From positions 1,504,001 through 1,568,000 of the forward strand of contig CAXXSR010000001.1 of NCBI GenBank assembly GCA_963662615.2: DNA of 64,000 nucleotides, in the 5' to 3' direction. Under the pieces are notes generated by a model. The model was not told the origin of the DNA. It saw only the letters and a list, made by a program, of their open reading frames with translations, and ran no database searches. This document shows, piece after piece, positions 30,428 through 39,200 of this stretch (positions are counted from its first letter, which is position 1; each line of letters starts with the position of its first letter). Source of the stretch: Dehalococcoidia bacterium. Lineage in GTDB: Bacteria; Chloroflexota; Dehalococcoidia; Bin125. Made by a program: the position numbers and the translations under genes.

Positions 30428-30722
30428 GCTCACCCGCCATCGTCTCAGCCTCGTGCGACGATCGTTGGGCCCCGGCCCACCACTCGGAACCGATCCGACG
30501 GGTGATGGTCTCCGGCGCGATGGCCGCCAGCACGACATGGCCGCTGTCCAGGATCAGCACCGCCTTGGCGCGGCGCCCGCTGGTCATGTCGATGATCTGG
30601 CCCGCGCCCTTACTCTCCTGCACCAGCCGTTTGGTGGGCGCCGAGCCGGGCGAGACGATCGCCACCACGCGATTGATGGCCAGGACGTTGCCGAAGCCAA
30701 TGTGCACCAGTTCCGTCTGCAT
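30420..30722 (-). CDS. remA: DUF370/RemA-family regulator
   Basis: 'LVHIGFGNVLAINRVVAIVSPGSAPTKR...DMTSGRRAKAVLILDSGHVVLAAIAPETI'; usual remA-gmk linkage. Confidence 0.9.
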   Translation of the reverse strand: MQTELVHIGFGNVLAINRVVAIVSPGSAPTKRLVQESKGAGQIIDMTSGRRAKAVLILDSGHVVLAAIAPETITRRIGSEWWAGAQRSSHEAETMAGEHE

Positions 30723-30786
30723 GGCGCATCCTTTCGAGGTTCCGCATCGCGCGCGTGGGTTTCCCCAGCCCGGTTCGCGGCGCCGG

Positions 30787-30846
30787 CGGCGCTCAGGCTT
30801 TCGGCGCTCAAGCTTTCCGCGCTCAAGCCATCGGCACTCAAGCCAT
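30787..30846. repeat. 4 x 15-bp tandem repeat that copies the aroA stop codon
   Basis: cggcgctcaggcttt / cggcgctcaagcttt / ccgcgctcaagccat / cggcactcaagccat. Confidence 0.9.
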
Positions 30847-32145
30847 CGCCGTGTCGCCCGTGATCTGCGCCAGGTCCCGCCAGAAGGTGGGATAGGAGAT
30901 CGCGACGGTCTCTTCTCCCCGCAGCTGGCACTCCCCCTCCGCGACCAGCGCCGCCACCGCGGCGGCCATGGCGATGCGGTGGTCGCCCGCACTCTCCAAC
31001 GCCGCACCGTGCAGGGGCCGCCCCCCCTCAATACGGAGCCCGTCCGCCCGCTCTTCCACCGTTGCGCCGAGCGCGCGCAGGAGGGCGGCGGTCGAGCGAA
31101 TGCGGTCCGATTCCTTCAAGCCCAGCTCTGCGGCATCGCGGATTTCGGTGACGCCCTCGGCCAGCGCGGCCGCGACGGCCAGCACGGGCAGCTCGTCGAT
31201 CGCGCGCGCCACCAGGTCGCCGTCGATGGTCGTGCCGCGCAGCCGAGCCGATCGCACCACGAGGTCGGCCACGGGCTCGGGCCCCATCATGCGCTCCTCA
31301 CGCCGCTCGATGTCCGCGCCCATCGCCGTCAGGACGTCCAGCACGCCACTGCGAGTGGGATTGACCCCCACGGCGGGCAGGCACAGCTCCGCATCCGGGA
31401 CGATGCTGGCCGCCACAAGCCAAAAGGCGGCGGCGCTGAGGTCGGCGGGGATGCGGACGTCCAGCGGCGCGAGCCCGTTGCCCGGGCGGATCTCAACGCT
31501 GGGCCCGTCCCGGCGGACGTCGACGCCCATCGCCTGCAGCAGCCGCTCGGTGTGGTCGCGGCTGGGCGCGATCTCCTCCAGCCGGGAGACGCCGTTGGCG
31601 GCCAGGGCGGCTAGCAGCACCGCGCTCTTCACCTGCGCGCTGGCCGTCTCCAGCCGGCCCGCGAAGGGGCGCAGCGTCCCCCCGGAGGGGCCGCGCAGCG
31701 AGAGTGGGGCCCGCGTGCCGCCGTCCCGCCCGTCGACCTGAGCGCCCATCGCGCGGAGGGGGTTCAGCACGCGCGCCATGGGGCGGCGGCGCAGGGAGGC
31801 GTCGCCGGTGAGGACGGAGAAACCGTCCACCCCCGCCGCCACGCCGCAAAGCAGGCGCATGGTGGTGCCGCTGTTGCCACAGTCCAGCACCGTCGCGGGC
31901 TCCTGGAGCCGGCCAAGGCCCCGGCCGCGGACACGGACGCGTTCGCCCTCACGTTTGAACTGCGCGCCGTACGCCTTCAGACACTCCAGCGTCCGCAGGC
32001 AGTCGGCGGCGGGGAGGAAGCCGTCAATGACAGCGTCGCCCTCCGCGAGGGCATTGAGGATCAGCGCGCGATGGGAGATGGACTTGTCGCCGGGGACCGT
32101 CACGGTCCCCCGCAAGCGACGGACGGGTCGCAGTTGGACGGTCAT
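30838..32145 (-). CDS. aroA: EPSP synthase
   Basis: 'VPGDKSISHR', 'CGNSGTTMR', 'SAQVKSA', 'GDHRIAM'. Confidence 0.97.
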   Translation of the reverse strand: MTVQLRPVRRLRGTVTVPGDKSISHRALILNALAEGDAVIDGFLPAADCLRTLECLKAYGAQFKREGERVRVRGRGLGRLQEPATVLDCGNSGTTMRLLCGVAAGVDGFSVLTGDASLRRRPMARVLNPLRAMGAQVDGRDGGTRAPLSLRGPSGGTLRPFAGRLETASAQVKSAVLLAALAANGVSRLEEIAPSRDHTERLLQAMGVDVRRDGPSVEIRPGNGLAPLDVRIPADLSAAAFWLVAASIVPDAELCLPAVGVNPTRSGVLDVLTAMGADIERREERMMGPEPVADLVVRSARLRGTTIDGDLVARAIDELPVLAVAAALAEGVTEIRDAAELGLKESDRIRSTAALLRALGATVEERADGLRIEGGRPLHGAALESAGDHRIAMAAAVAALVAEGECQLRGEETVAISYPTFWRDLAQITGDTAMA

Positions 32146-32169
32146 GGGCTCCCCCGCGACGACGCCGGA

Positions 32170-33174
32170 CTAGGGCCGCTCTCGCGCTGCACGAGCGCCC
32201 GGCGCAGCCCGTTTCGTGACCCCACGAAGACGCGCATAGATCTTAGGTCCCAGCAGCATCGCGGCCATGGATGGCCGCGAGTCCGGCACGGCGCCGCGGC
32301 GCGGTTGGTCCTCGAGGTCCTCGCCCGCAAGGAAGCGGGCGCGATCGCTCTGCGCATTGGCGAACTCGGCCAAGATCTCCTCGTTGGGCCCGTCCAGCAG
32401 ATCGCGGAACCGCTTCAGCTCCAAGATGTAGCGGTCGAGCCAGTACTGGATCTCCTCGCGGTTCATGGAGGCGATGTCGGCGGCCAGATCAGGGTCGCCT
32501 GAGGCCAGGCGGGTGAGGTCGTGATAGGCGGGACCGGCGATCTTGCCGAAGTCGGCCCAGCTCTGGCTCCGGCGCAGCAGTGTGAAAAGAGCCGTGGACG
32601 CCGCCAGGGGCAGGTGGCTGACGGCCGCCACGAAGTGGTCGTGCTCGTCGGCGGTCATGAAGCGCTCCTGCGCGCCAACGGCGTGAATCAAGCCGACTAC
32701 CGAGCGTATCGCCGTCTCGCCTGCGCCCTCGCTGGGCACGACGGCGTAGGGCCGGCCTTGGAAGAGGCCCGCCTCCGCGTGCTCAACGCCGGCTTCCGTC
32801 TTGCCGGCCAGGGGATGGCCGCCTACGAAGGAGACATGCTGCGGCAGGTGCTGCGCGGCCCACTCCAGAATGCGCCCTTTGGTTGAAGCGACATCCGTCA
32901 CCACGGCGTCCGGCGCCAGCGCCGGCGCGATGGCTTCGAACACGTCCGCGATGCGCGCCGCGGGCGTCGCGACGACAACGAGGCCGGCGTCCGCTACGGC
33001 GGCGCGAGGGCTCTCAACGGCCCGATCCACGGCGCCGATCAGGCGCGCGCGCTCGCGGGCGCGGCCGTCCTCGTCGTAGCCCCAGATGGCCAGATCCTCA
33101 CGTGGGGTCGCCTTGAGAGCGAGGCCCAACGAGCCGCCGATCAGCCCGAGCCCAATGATGGCGATGCGCGCCAT
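32170..33174 (-). CDS. tyrA: Prephenate/arogenate dehydrogenase
   Basis: 'IIGLGLIGGSL', 'DVASTK', 'GGHPLAG', 'HDHFVAAVSHLP'. Confidence 0.93.
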   Translation of the reverse strand: MARIAIIGLGLIGGSLGLALKATPREDLAIWGYDEDGRARERARLIGAVDRAVESPRAAVADAGLVVVATPAARIADVFEAIAPALAPDAVVTDVASTKGRILEWAAQHLPQHVSFVGGHPLAGKTEAGVEHAEAGLFQGRPYAVVPSEGAGETAIRSVVGLIHAVGAQERFMTADEHDHFVAAVSHLPLAASTALFTLLRRSQSWADFGKIAGPAYHDLTRLASGDPDLAADIASMNREEIQYWLDRYILELKRFRDLLDGPNEEILAEFANAQSDRARFLAGEDLEDQPRRGAVPDSRPSMAAMLLGPKIYARLRGVTKRAAPGARAARERP

Positions 33175-33440
33175 GGAGTCTCCGGGAGGCGCGCAGGGGA
33201 GCGGGATCAGCGAATGCTCTACACGGGATGATCGAGCGCCTCGAGAGTACCGGGAGTATACCACCGGCTCGGGCATGCTCCGCGCGCCTCAGAGCGCGTC
33301 AGCGCACGTCCCTTGGACCCAATCGGTCGCGATGGTAGAGTCCAGCGGTACCACCGGCGCGCTCTGTCAGCCGGCGGCGGCGGCGCGCCGCCGGGAGAGT
33401 GTCCGTTGGCACGGCGGGGTCCGGCTGAAACGTGCCGCGC

Positions 33441-34589
33441 ATGCACATCGCGATCACGCGCGGGCGGCTGCTGGCCGCCGGCGCTCTCTTCCTGGCGCTC
33501 ATTGCGCTGATCCTCGGCATCCTTGTCCCGCCGCGCGCCTCCGACGCCGGCGCCGCGCGCGACGGTGACGGGCCCCGCCTGCTGATCAGCGAGTTCGGCC
33601 ACGTGGAGAGCACGATCTGGCTCGTCAACCCGGACGACCCGGCGCGCCGGCGGCGCTTTCTGCGCGTGGAGCACGCGCCCGGTTGGGAGTTGGCAGGCGC
33701 GCCGGCGCCCCACGGCGACGGGCTCGCCTACCTGGTCCTCCCGCCGGGGCACTACGACGCTCGGACCCAAGCGACGCTGCGCTTCACGACCGGCAACGGC
33801 GTACGCAGCCTGGCGACGGGCCTCGACCTCAAGGGCGGAGTTGCCTGGAGCGCCGACGGCGAGGCGCTCTACGTGCGGCGCTGGCGAGGCGGACCCAGCG
33901 GCCGCGAGACGTTCGAGCTCGTCGCGGTCGATCTCGCTGGGGGCGAAGAGCACACGCTGCTGGTCCGCAACGACGTCGCGGGCCTCTACCCCCTGGGCCG
34001 GCCTCGGAACGGCCCCGTGTACGCGGTCGTGATCGGTCGGCGGGGGAGTGAACTGTTGGCGATCGGCGACGGCGCCGCGCGGCCCCTGCAGCTCTCATCC
34101 GGCCTGACCCGCGATTGGCGCCTTTCGCCGGACGGCGAGCACCTGGCCTTTACCCGACAGCACGGCCTCCGACTCGAAGTTCGGATCGCGCCACTCACCA
34201 GCGGCGCCGCCGCCGACGCGGTACCGGCGGCGGTGCCTGCTGTGATCGCTCCGGCGGACGGAGTGCCACACGACGGAACCGCCTCCCCAGCGTGGCGCCC
34301 CGACGGCTCCCTCAGCGTGGGCGTCTTCGGCGAGCCGGACGGGTCGCCGACGCTGCGGGTGCCAGCGAGCGGCGACGGTGCGACGCTGGAGACGGTGCGC
34401 GACCGCGGCTTCGCCTTGCCGGTCGCCTGGTCTCCGGCGGGCACGTACCTCGCGGTGCGATCGTTCAGCGGCGTCGGCCCAAGTGACCCCGGCGAGGAAA
34501 CCGCCGCCGTCATCGCGCCCGACGGCGCGACTCTCATGATTCCAGGGAACTTCGTTTGCGTGCTGGGATGGTGGCATGGGGACGGCTAG
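33441..34589 (+). CDS. Secreted/anchored TolB-like beta-propeller protein
   Basis: N-terminal TM/signal segment; repeated PD40-like blades 'WSADGE', 'LSPDGEHLAF', 'PAWRPDG', 'WSPAGTYLA'. Confidence 0.7.
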   Translation: MHIAITRGRLLAAGALFLALIALILGILVPPRASDAGAARDGDGPRLLISEFGHVESTIWLVNPDDPARRRRFLRVEHAPGWELAGAPAPHGDGLAYLVLPPGHYDARTQATLRFTTGNGVRSLATGLDLKGGVAWSADGEALYVRRWRGGPSGRETFELVAVDLAGGEEHTLLVRNDVAGLYPLGRPRNGPVYAVVIGRRGSELLAIGDGAARPLQLSSGLTRDWRLSPDGEHLAFTRQHGLRLEVRIAPLTSGAAADAVPAAVPAVIAPADGVPHDGTASPAWRPDGSLSVGVFGEPDGSPTLRVPASGDGATLETVRDRGFALPVAWSPAGTYLAVRSFSGVGPSDPGEETAAVIAPDGATLMIPGNFVCVLGWWHGDG

Positions 34590-35988
34590 CCGGCGCCCGA
34601 CGGCGGGGGGCCGTGCTCGCTTGCCGGCGCTGCTGGCGGCGATCGCGGTCGGCGCGGTGGCGCTGCTGGCGCTGTACTCGCCCGCCCGCGGCGACGAGCT
34701 GATCTGCTCCGCGTTCGGCGGAGGCCCTCCCTACCCATTCGAGACGTACGAGGTGACTCGTGACCGTCAGCCCTATCTCCTCGCACAGCAGCTCGCGGCG
34801 CAGAACCTACTGCTCCCCCACGACCCGGCTTTCGCCCTGCCGGAGGTCCTGGTGGGAACGCCGTCTCAGCGAGAGCCCGACGAGGCCGCTCTGATCGCGC
34901 CGCAACTGCTTCACGCGATCGGCTGGATCGAGAGCGGGCTCAACCAGGCCGCCATTCAGGTGCCGTACGAGAGCGTCGGCGACGTGCTCCTCTCCTCGTC
35001 CTGCGCCTACGGGCTGATGCAGGTCGCGTCGTTCTTCAGCAACCAGGGCGACGTGCCCAGCCGCAGCGAGACGCTCGCTGGGACGCACTACGCCTACAAC
35101 GTCGCCGCCGGGGCGCGAATCCTTGTCGAAAAGTGGAACGCGGACTTCTTCCCCGCGGTCGGGAGGAGCGACCCGCGCTTTGTGGAGTCGTGGTACTACG
35201 CGATCTGGGCGTACAACGGCTGGGCGCTTGCCAACCACCCGGTGGGGCCGGAGGTGGACCCGTTTCGCCGCCTCCCCTACGGATGCGAGGGCCCCTACAA
35301 CGGCTACGCCTACCAAGAGCTGGTGCTTGGCTGCGTGGTCAATCCGCCCACCCTGGACGGCAACCGCCTCTGGACGCCGCTTCCCGTGCGCCTTCCCGAT
35401 CTCGCCAAACTGGGCACTATCGCCGGGCCGCTGAGCACAGAGGCGTTCTTCGACGGCTGGGCCACCGTCCTCAGCGCCTCCTTCGCGGACGAGGAGGTCG
35501 CGCGGCCGTTCTCGGCGATGGACATGATCTTGCCGCCCACCGCGGCGATCGTCGCAGCGCGGATGCTCGACCCCGCCACCGCCGCAGCGATCCAAGCCGA
35601 GATCCTGGGACCGCCCTTGCTCACCTTGGACACGACGACGTTCGAGCTCAAGGTCACGGACGATGCCGTGGAAGCGGGTGCGCTCACCATTGGCAACGCC
35701 GGCCGCGGAATCCTGGTCTACCGGCTTGTTCCCCAGCAGGACTGGCTGCAGGTCAGCCGGCCCGCCGGCGTGGCGATCGGCTCCGACGTGCCCCTGAAGA
35801 GCGACACATCCCGCAGCGCCACCGTGCTCGTGCTTCCCAACGCCGAGGGCCTCGCGGAGGGGCTCCACCAGGGGACTATCATGGTGGAAGTGCTGCTTCC
35901 GGACGGCAGCGTGCAAACTGAGACGGTCGCCGTCTTGGTGGACAAGCAGGGCGTGCCGCGCTACGAAGCCGGGACGCCGCGGAGCTAG
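34576..35988 (+). CDS. Secreted lytic-transglycosylase-like (SLT fold) protein with C-terminal BACON/Ig-like domain
   Basis: 'LLHAIGWIESG', 'AYGLMQV', 'YNVAAGARIL', 'AIWAYNG'; C-terminal 'LTIGNAGRGIL...DWLQVS...GLAEGLHQGTI'. Confidence 0.75.
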   Translation: MGTASRRPTAGGRARLPALLAAIAVGAVALLALYSPARGDELICSAFGGGPPYPFETYEVTRDRQPYLLAQQLAAQNLLLPHDPAFALPEVLVGTPSQREPDEAALIAPQLLHAIGWIESGLNQAAIQVPYESVGDVLLSSSCAYGLMQVASFFSNQGDVPSRSETLAGTHYAYNVAAGARILVEKWNADFFPAVGRSDPRFVESWYYAIWAYNGWALANHPVGPEVDPFRRLPYGCEGPYNGYAYQELVLGCVVNPPTLDGNRLWTPLPVRLPDLAKLGTIAGPLSTEAFFDGWATVLSASFADEEVARPFSAMDMILPPTAAIVAARMLDPATAAAIQAEILGPPLLTLDTTTFELKVTDDAVEAGALTIGNAGRGILVYRLVPQQDWLQVSRPAGVAIGSDVPLKSDTSRSATVLVLPNAEGLAEGLHQGTIMVEVLLPDGSVQTETVAVLVDKQGVPRYEAGTPRS

Positions 35989-36004
35989 GCCGCAGCGAAG
36001 CGCC

Positions 36005-36514
36005 GTGCAGCGTGAGAGGCCCCCAGTGCTCAACCGCATGATCGGCTCCATGCGTCGGAACCATGCCCTGGAGCACGCAACCGTGTCCGTGTTGCTGAGC
36101 CGACTGGGTCCCAACATCCGGCTGGTGGGCCGGGCCGTCAGCAGCGGCTTCTACATCTACGGCAATGTGCCGGCGCAAGAGTTGGAGGCGGCGGCGGCAG
36201 AGGCGCTGGTGCGGATGCAGCGGGGCGAGAAACAGCTGGCCGTCTCTCCCCTCTGCGGGACGAATCTGGCGGTGGCGGGCACCTTGGCCGGCGTTGCCGC
36301 CCTGCTGACGGTGGGCAGCGGCAACCGCTGGGAGCGGATGCCCAATGTGCTCATGAGCGCCATGCTGGCGGTGCTGGCCGGCCAGCCGCTCGGCCGGCTG
36401 GCGCAGAAGCATCTCACCACCGACGCCGACCTCGCCGACACGCGCATCGTGGGCTTCCGGCACGGCGGGCGGGGTGGGCGGCGCTACACCAAAGTGGAGA
36501 CGGCGCGATCGTAA
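36005..36514 (+). CDS. DUF6391-like membrane protein
   Basis: 'RRNHALEHAT', 'GFYIYG', 'LAVSPLCGTN', TM hairpin, 'QKHLTTD'. Confidence 0.75.
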   Translation: MQRERPPVLNRMIGSMRRNHALEHATVSVLLSRLGPNIRLVGRAVSSGFYIYGNVPAQELEAAAAEALVRMQRGEKQLAVSPLCGTNLAVAGTLAGVAALLTVGSGNRWERMPNVLMSAMLAVLAGQPLGRLAQKHLTTDADLADTRIVGFRHGGRGGRRYTKVETARS

Positions 36515-36603
36515 GGTGGCGACGCGCTGCGACGCAGCCGTGGGACAGTGAAGTAAGACAGCGCCGACGCTGGGCGCAACGGCCGCGCCGCGATTCCCAT
36601 GCC

Positions 36604-36680
36604 GCCCCCGTAGCTCAACTGGATAGAGCAGCGGCGTTCTAATCCGCAGGTTGCAGGTTCGAGTCCTGCCGGGGGCGCCA
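36604..36680 (+). tRNA. tRNA-Arg (anticodon UCU)
   Basis: 77 nt. Acceptor stem GCCCCCG/CGGGGGC, D-arm GCTC..GAGC, anticodon loop GTTCTAA, T-arm GCAGG-TTCGAGT-CCTGC, encoded CCA. Confidence 0.95.
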
Positions 36681-36973
36681 GGTTTCGCCAAACGAGAATG
36701 CTGGACACGCGCGTGGTGCACCACGCGCGCAGGCGGCGGCGCGGCCCCTTCGGGAATCTTGCACCCTCCCGTCACCCATCGGTGGTGGACCCATAGACGT
36801 GTCAGGAGTTGCTGCCGCCCGCGCAGCGCTATCGGAGCGAAGGTGACTACCGGCCCCATGTGCCCCTACAGTCCCAAGGAGCAGCCGCCCCCACCCGAGC
36901 GCTGGCATCGCCAGGGCATCCCCGGTACGAGTGCGGGGGCGGTCGCGGACAGCACGGACGGAAGGAGCTTCCC

Positions 36974-37414
36974 ATGGCCGAATTGAAGCTCGCCTACCAG
37001 GTGAGGAGCTACAGCTCCGGTACCCTGGGACGCGCCATTTGTAACGCCCGCAACCACCACTTTGTCGCCGACGGCCCGGACGGGGACGAACTGGGCGCCT
37101 CAGAGTTGTTCCTCTCCGGCATCGGCGCCTGCGCGGTGAACATGGTGGAGCGGGTGGCCAAGGATGAAGAGATCCCCGTGGACTGGATGGACGTCAGCGT
37201 GGCGGCCTACCGGGACCCCGACAAGGTTCCGGCGAAAATAAGCGTCTACGACGACGTGCGGGTCCACCTCCAGATATGGGGTGTTGACGACACCCAAGGT
37301 CAGCACCTCGTGGACGTGTGGAAGCAGCGTTGACCCCTCTACGGTTCGGTCGCCGTGGCGACCCCCAGCACCAGCGTCACCTCAGAGATTTACGCCGGTC
37401 CGCACCAGCGGTAG
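36974..37414 (+). CDS. OsmC/Ohr-family protein, probable selenoprotein (UGA at 37331-37333 read as Sec)
   Basis: SD AAGGAG; 'ELFLSGIGAC' first Cys motif; 'WKQR-UGA-PLYGSV' where the family has CP; a hairpin follows the UGA and the frame stays open for 26 codons to TAG. Confidence 0.82.
37348..37363 (+). promoter_or_regulatory. Putative bacterial SECIS hairpin
   Basis: GGTCGC-CGTG-GCGACC starting 15 nt after the UGA, with GU in the apical loop. Confidence 0.65.
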
Positions 37415-37561
37415 TGGACAGGCGCCACCGCACAAGCCAATCGCCTGCTCCGCATTCCAACCCTCCTCCTCCGCCCTCCTGAAGCGGCTTGGCGAGGTTC
37501 CATCATGGTCGGATTGCGCGCCGTCGACGGGGCTCGAACCTAGAGCCTTCCGGACCCCCGG

Positions 37562-37746
37562 TGACATTCAACCCGACATCCAACCCGCTGGACAACCACG
37601 GCGCGCGGCGGCACGCGATGGACGGCGCGCGCGTCTGAGCCCGTGGCGACGCGGCCTCTACGGCCACGTGTGGACGTCCACGGACACATGACAGTCGGCC
37701 CTCTAATCCGCAGGTTGCAGGTTCGAGTCCTGCGCCGGGGGCGCCA
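37562..37746 (+). repeat. att-like unit 1: 140-bp arm plus tRNA-Arg 3' half copy
   Basis: TGACATTCAACCCGACATCCAAC arm-type repeats, GG(A/C)C about every 10 bp, then TCTAATCCGCAGGTTGCAGGTTCGAGTCCTGC(GC)CGGGGGCGCCA. Confidence 0.92.
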
Positions 37747-37877
37747 GAATTTCCAATCCGGTAGCCGGCCGCTCGCATGTCCCTACGCAACGGTCACGGC
37801 TCGTTTGACAGCCAATCGCCGGGCCACATGGAAGCCGACGGGGCCCGCTACAATATCCCTTTCCTAGGAGTGAAGCG

Positions 37878-39020
37878 ATGGATCTCGGGTATTTCATGAT
37901 GCCGGCCCATCCGCCGGAGCGAAAACCGTACGACTGGCACCAAACGGACCTGCAGGCGCTTCGCTGGGGCGATGAGCTGGGGGTCACCGAGGCCTGGATC
38001 GGCGAGCATTTCACGGTCGCCTGGGAGCCGAACCCGGCCCCGGATCTGACGATCGCGCAGGCCTTGCTGCAGACCAAGCGGATCAAGCTCGCGGCCGGCG
38101 CGCACTTGCTGCCGTATCACAATCCGGTGGAGCTGGCGCATCGGGTCGCCTTCCTCGATCACCTGGCGCAGGGGCGCCTCCAGCTTGGCGTCGGCGCCGG
38201 CGGCCACGTCGGCGATTTCCTGGCGTTTGATGTGGACGGCCAAAACGGCGAGAACCGCACCATGATGTTCGAGGCGCTCCAGATCATGATGGGCATCTGG
38301 GCGGCGGAAGGCGCGTATCAGTACAAAGGCAAGTACTGGAGCGTAAACATTCCGGAGTCGATGGTCGCGGGCAACTATACCCATCACATGCACACGTTCA
38401 CCAAACCGCATCCGCCGATCGGCATCGCCGTGGTGACACCGCGATCCGACACGATCAAGTTCTGCGGGGCGAACGGGTTCATGCCCTTGAGCATTCATCT
38501 CAACGACACCTACACGGTTGGTCACTGGGAGACCTACGTCGAATCCGCGGAAGCGAACGGCATCACGCCCGATCGCAACAAGTGGCGGATTTACGCCGAG
38601 ATTCTGGTCGCCGAGACGGATGCCGAAGCGGAGAAGCTGGCCTTTGAAGGGCCGCTGGGCCGCGCTTGCCGCGAATATGCTTGGCAGATCTTCAACACGT
38701 TCGGGTTCCTCAAGCATATGAAGCTCGACCCCTCGATTCCGGATTCGGAGGTGACGCCGGAGTACATCATGCGGAATTGCTGGATCATCGGCTCAGTCGA
38801 AACCGTCACCGATCGGCTCGTCGAGCTCTACAACAAGACCGGCGGCTTCGGCACCTTGCTGTGGAGCCCGACCGACTATGGCGAACATCCCGAGCGGATG
38901 CGCCATACGTTGGAACTGCTGTTGAACGAGGTGCTGCCGCGGGTGAACAAGAACGTTCAGCCGCTCCCAGCGGCCACAGATTCGACGCAGGCGAGTAACC
39001 GCGTACTCCACGTCCGTTGA
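37878..39020 (+). CDS. LLM-class (luciferase-like) flavin-dependent oxidoreductase
   Basis: 'MDLGYFMMPAHPP', 'EAWIGEHF', 'LLPYHNPVELAHRVAFLDHLAQGR', 'KPHPPIG', 'GGFGTLL'; SD AGGAG. Confidence 0.93.
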   Translation: MDLGYFMMPAHPPERKPYDWHQTDLQALRWGDELGVTEAWIGEHFTVAWEPNPAPDLTIAQALLQTKRIKLAAGAHLLPYHNPVELAHRVAFLDHLAQGRLQLGVGAGGHVGDFLAFDVDGQNGENRTMMFEALQIMMGIWAAEGAYQYKGKYWSVNIPESMVAGNYTHHMHTFTKPHPPIGIAVVTPRSDTIKFCGANGFMPLSIHLNDTYTVGHWETYVESAEANGITPDRNKWRIYAEILVAETDAEAEKLAFEGPLGRACREYAWQIFNTFGFLKHMKLDPSIPDSEVTPEYIMRNCWIIGSVETVTDRLVELYNKTGGFGTLLWSPTDYGEHPERMRHTLELLLNEVLPRVNKNVQPLPAATDSTQASNRVLHVR

Positions 39021-39200
39021 CATCCAATCTGACAGTTGCGCGTGTGGACAACGACGGCACGCGGTGGCACCCGGGGGACGAAGGGCGCGTCTCTACCCCT
39101 TGAACCATGGCCTCCACGGCCACGTGCGGACGCCCAGGGACGCCCGACGGTCGGCCTTCTCATCCGCAGGTTGCAGGTTCGAGTCCTGCCGGGGGCGCCA
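39018..39200 (+). repeat. att-like unit 2: 140-bp arm plus tRNA-Arg 3' half copy
   Basis: Gaplessly collinear with 37562-37701 (100/140 identical by hand count); ends TTCTCATCCGCAGGTTGCAGGTTCGAGTCCTGCCGGGGGCGCCA. Confidence 0.92.

Larger units (their letters stand above)
36681..37746 (+). mobile_element. Integrase-less mini-element 1 (OsmC cargo) at the tRNA-Arg 3' end
   Basis: Bounded by the tRNA and a direct repeat of its 3' half (37702-37746), preceded by a 140-bp attP-like arm. Confidence 0.75.
37747..39200 (+). mobile_element. Integrase-less mini-element 2 (LLM oxidoreductase cargo)
   Basis: Lies between two tRNA 3'-half repeats; the cargo is visibly less GC-rich than the core genes. 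Confidence 0.75.

Noticed and set aside
37702-39200. The two tRNA-like copies as additional tRNA genes
   Set aside because: They hold only the anticodon-to-CCA half. There is no 5' acceptor strand or D-arm, and one copy has a 2-nt insertion while the other has an anticodon-loop change.
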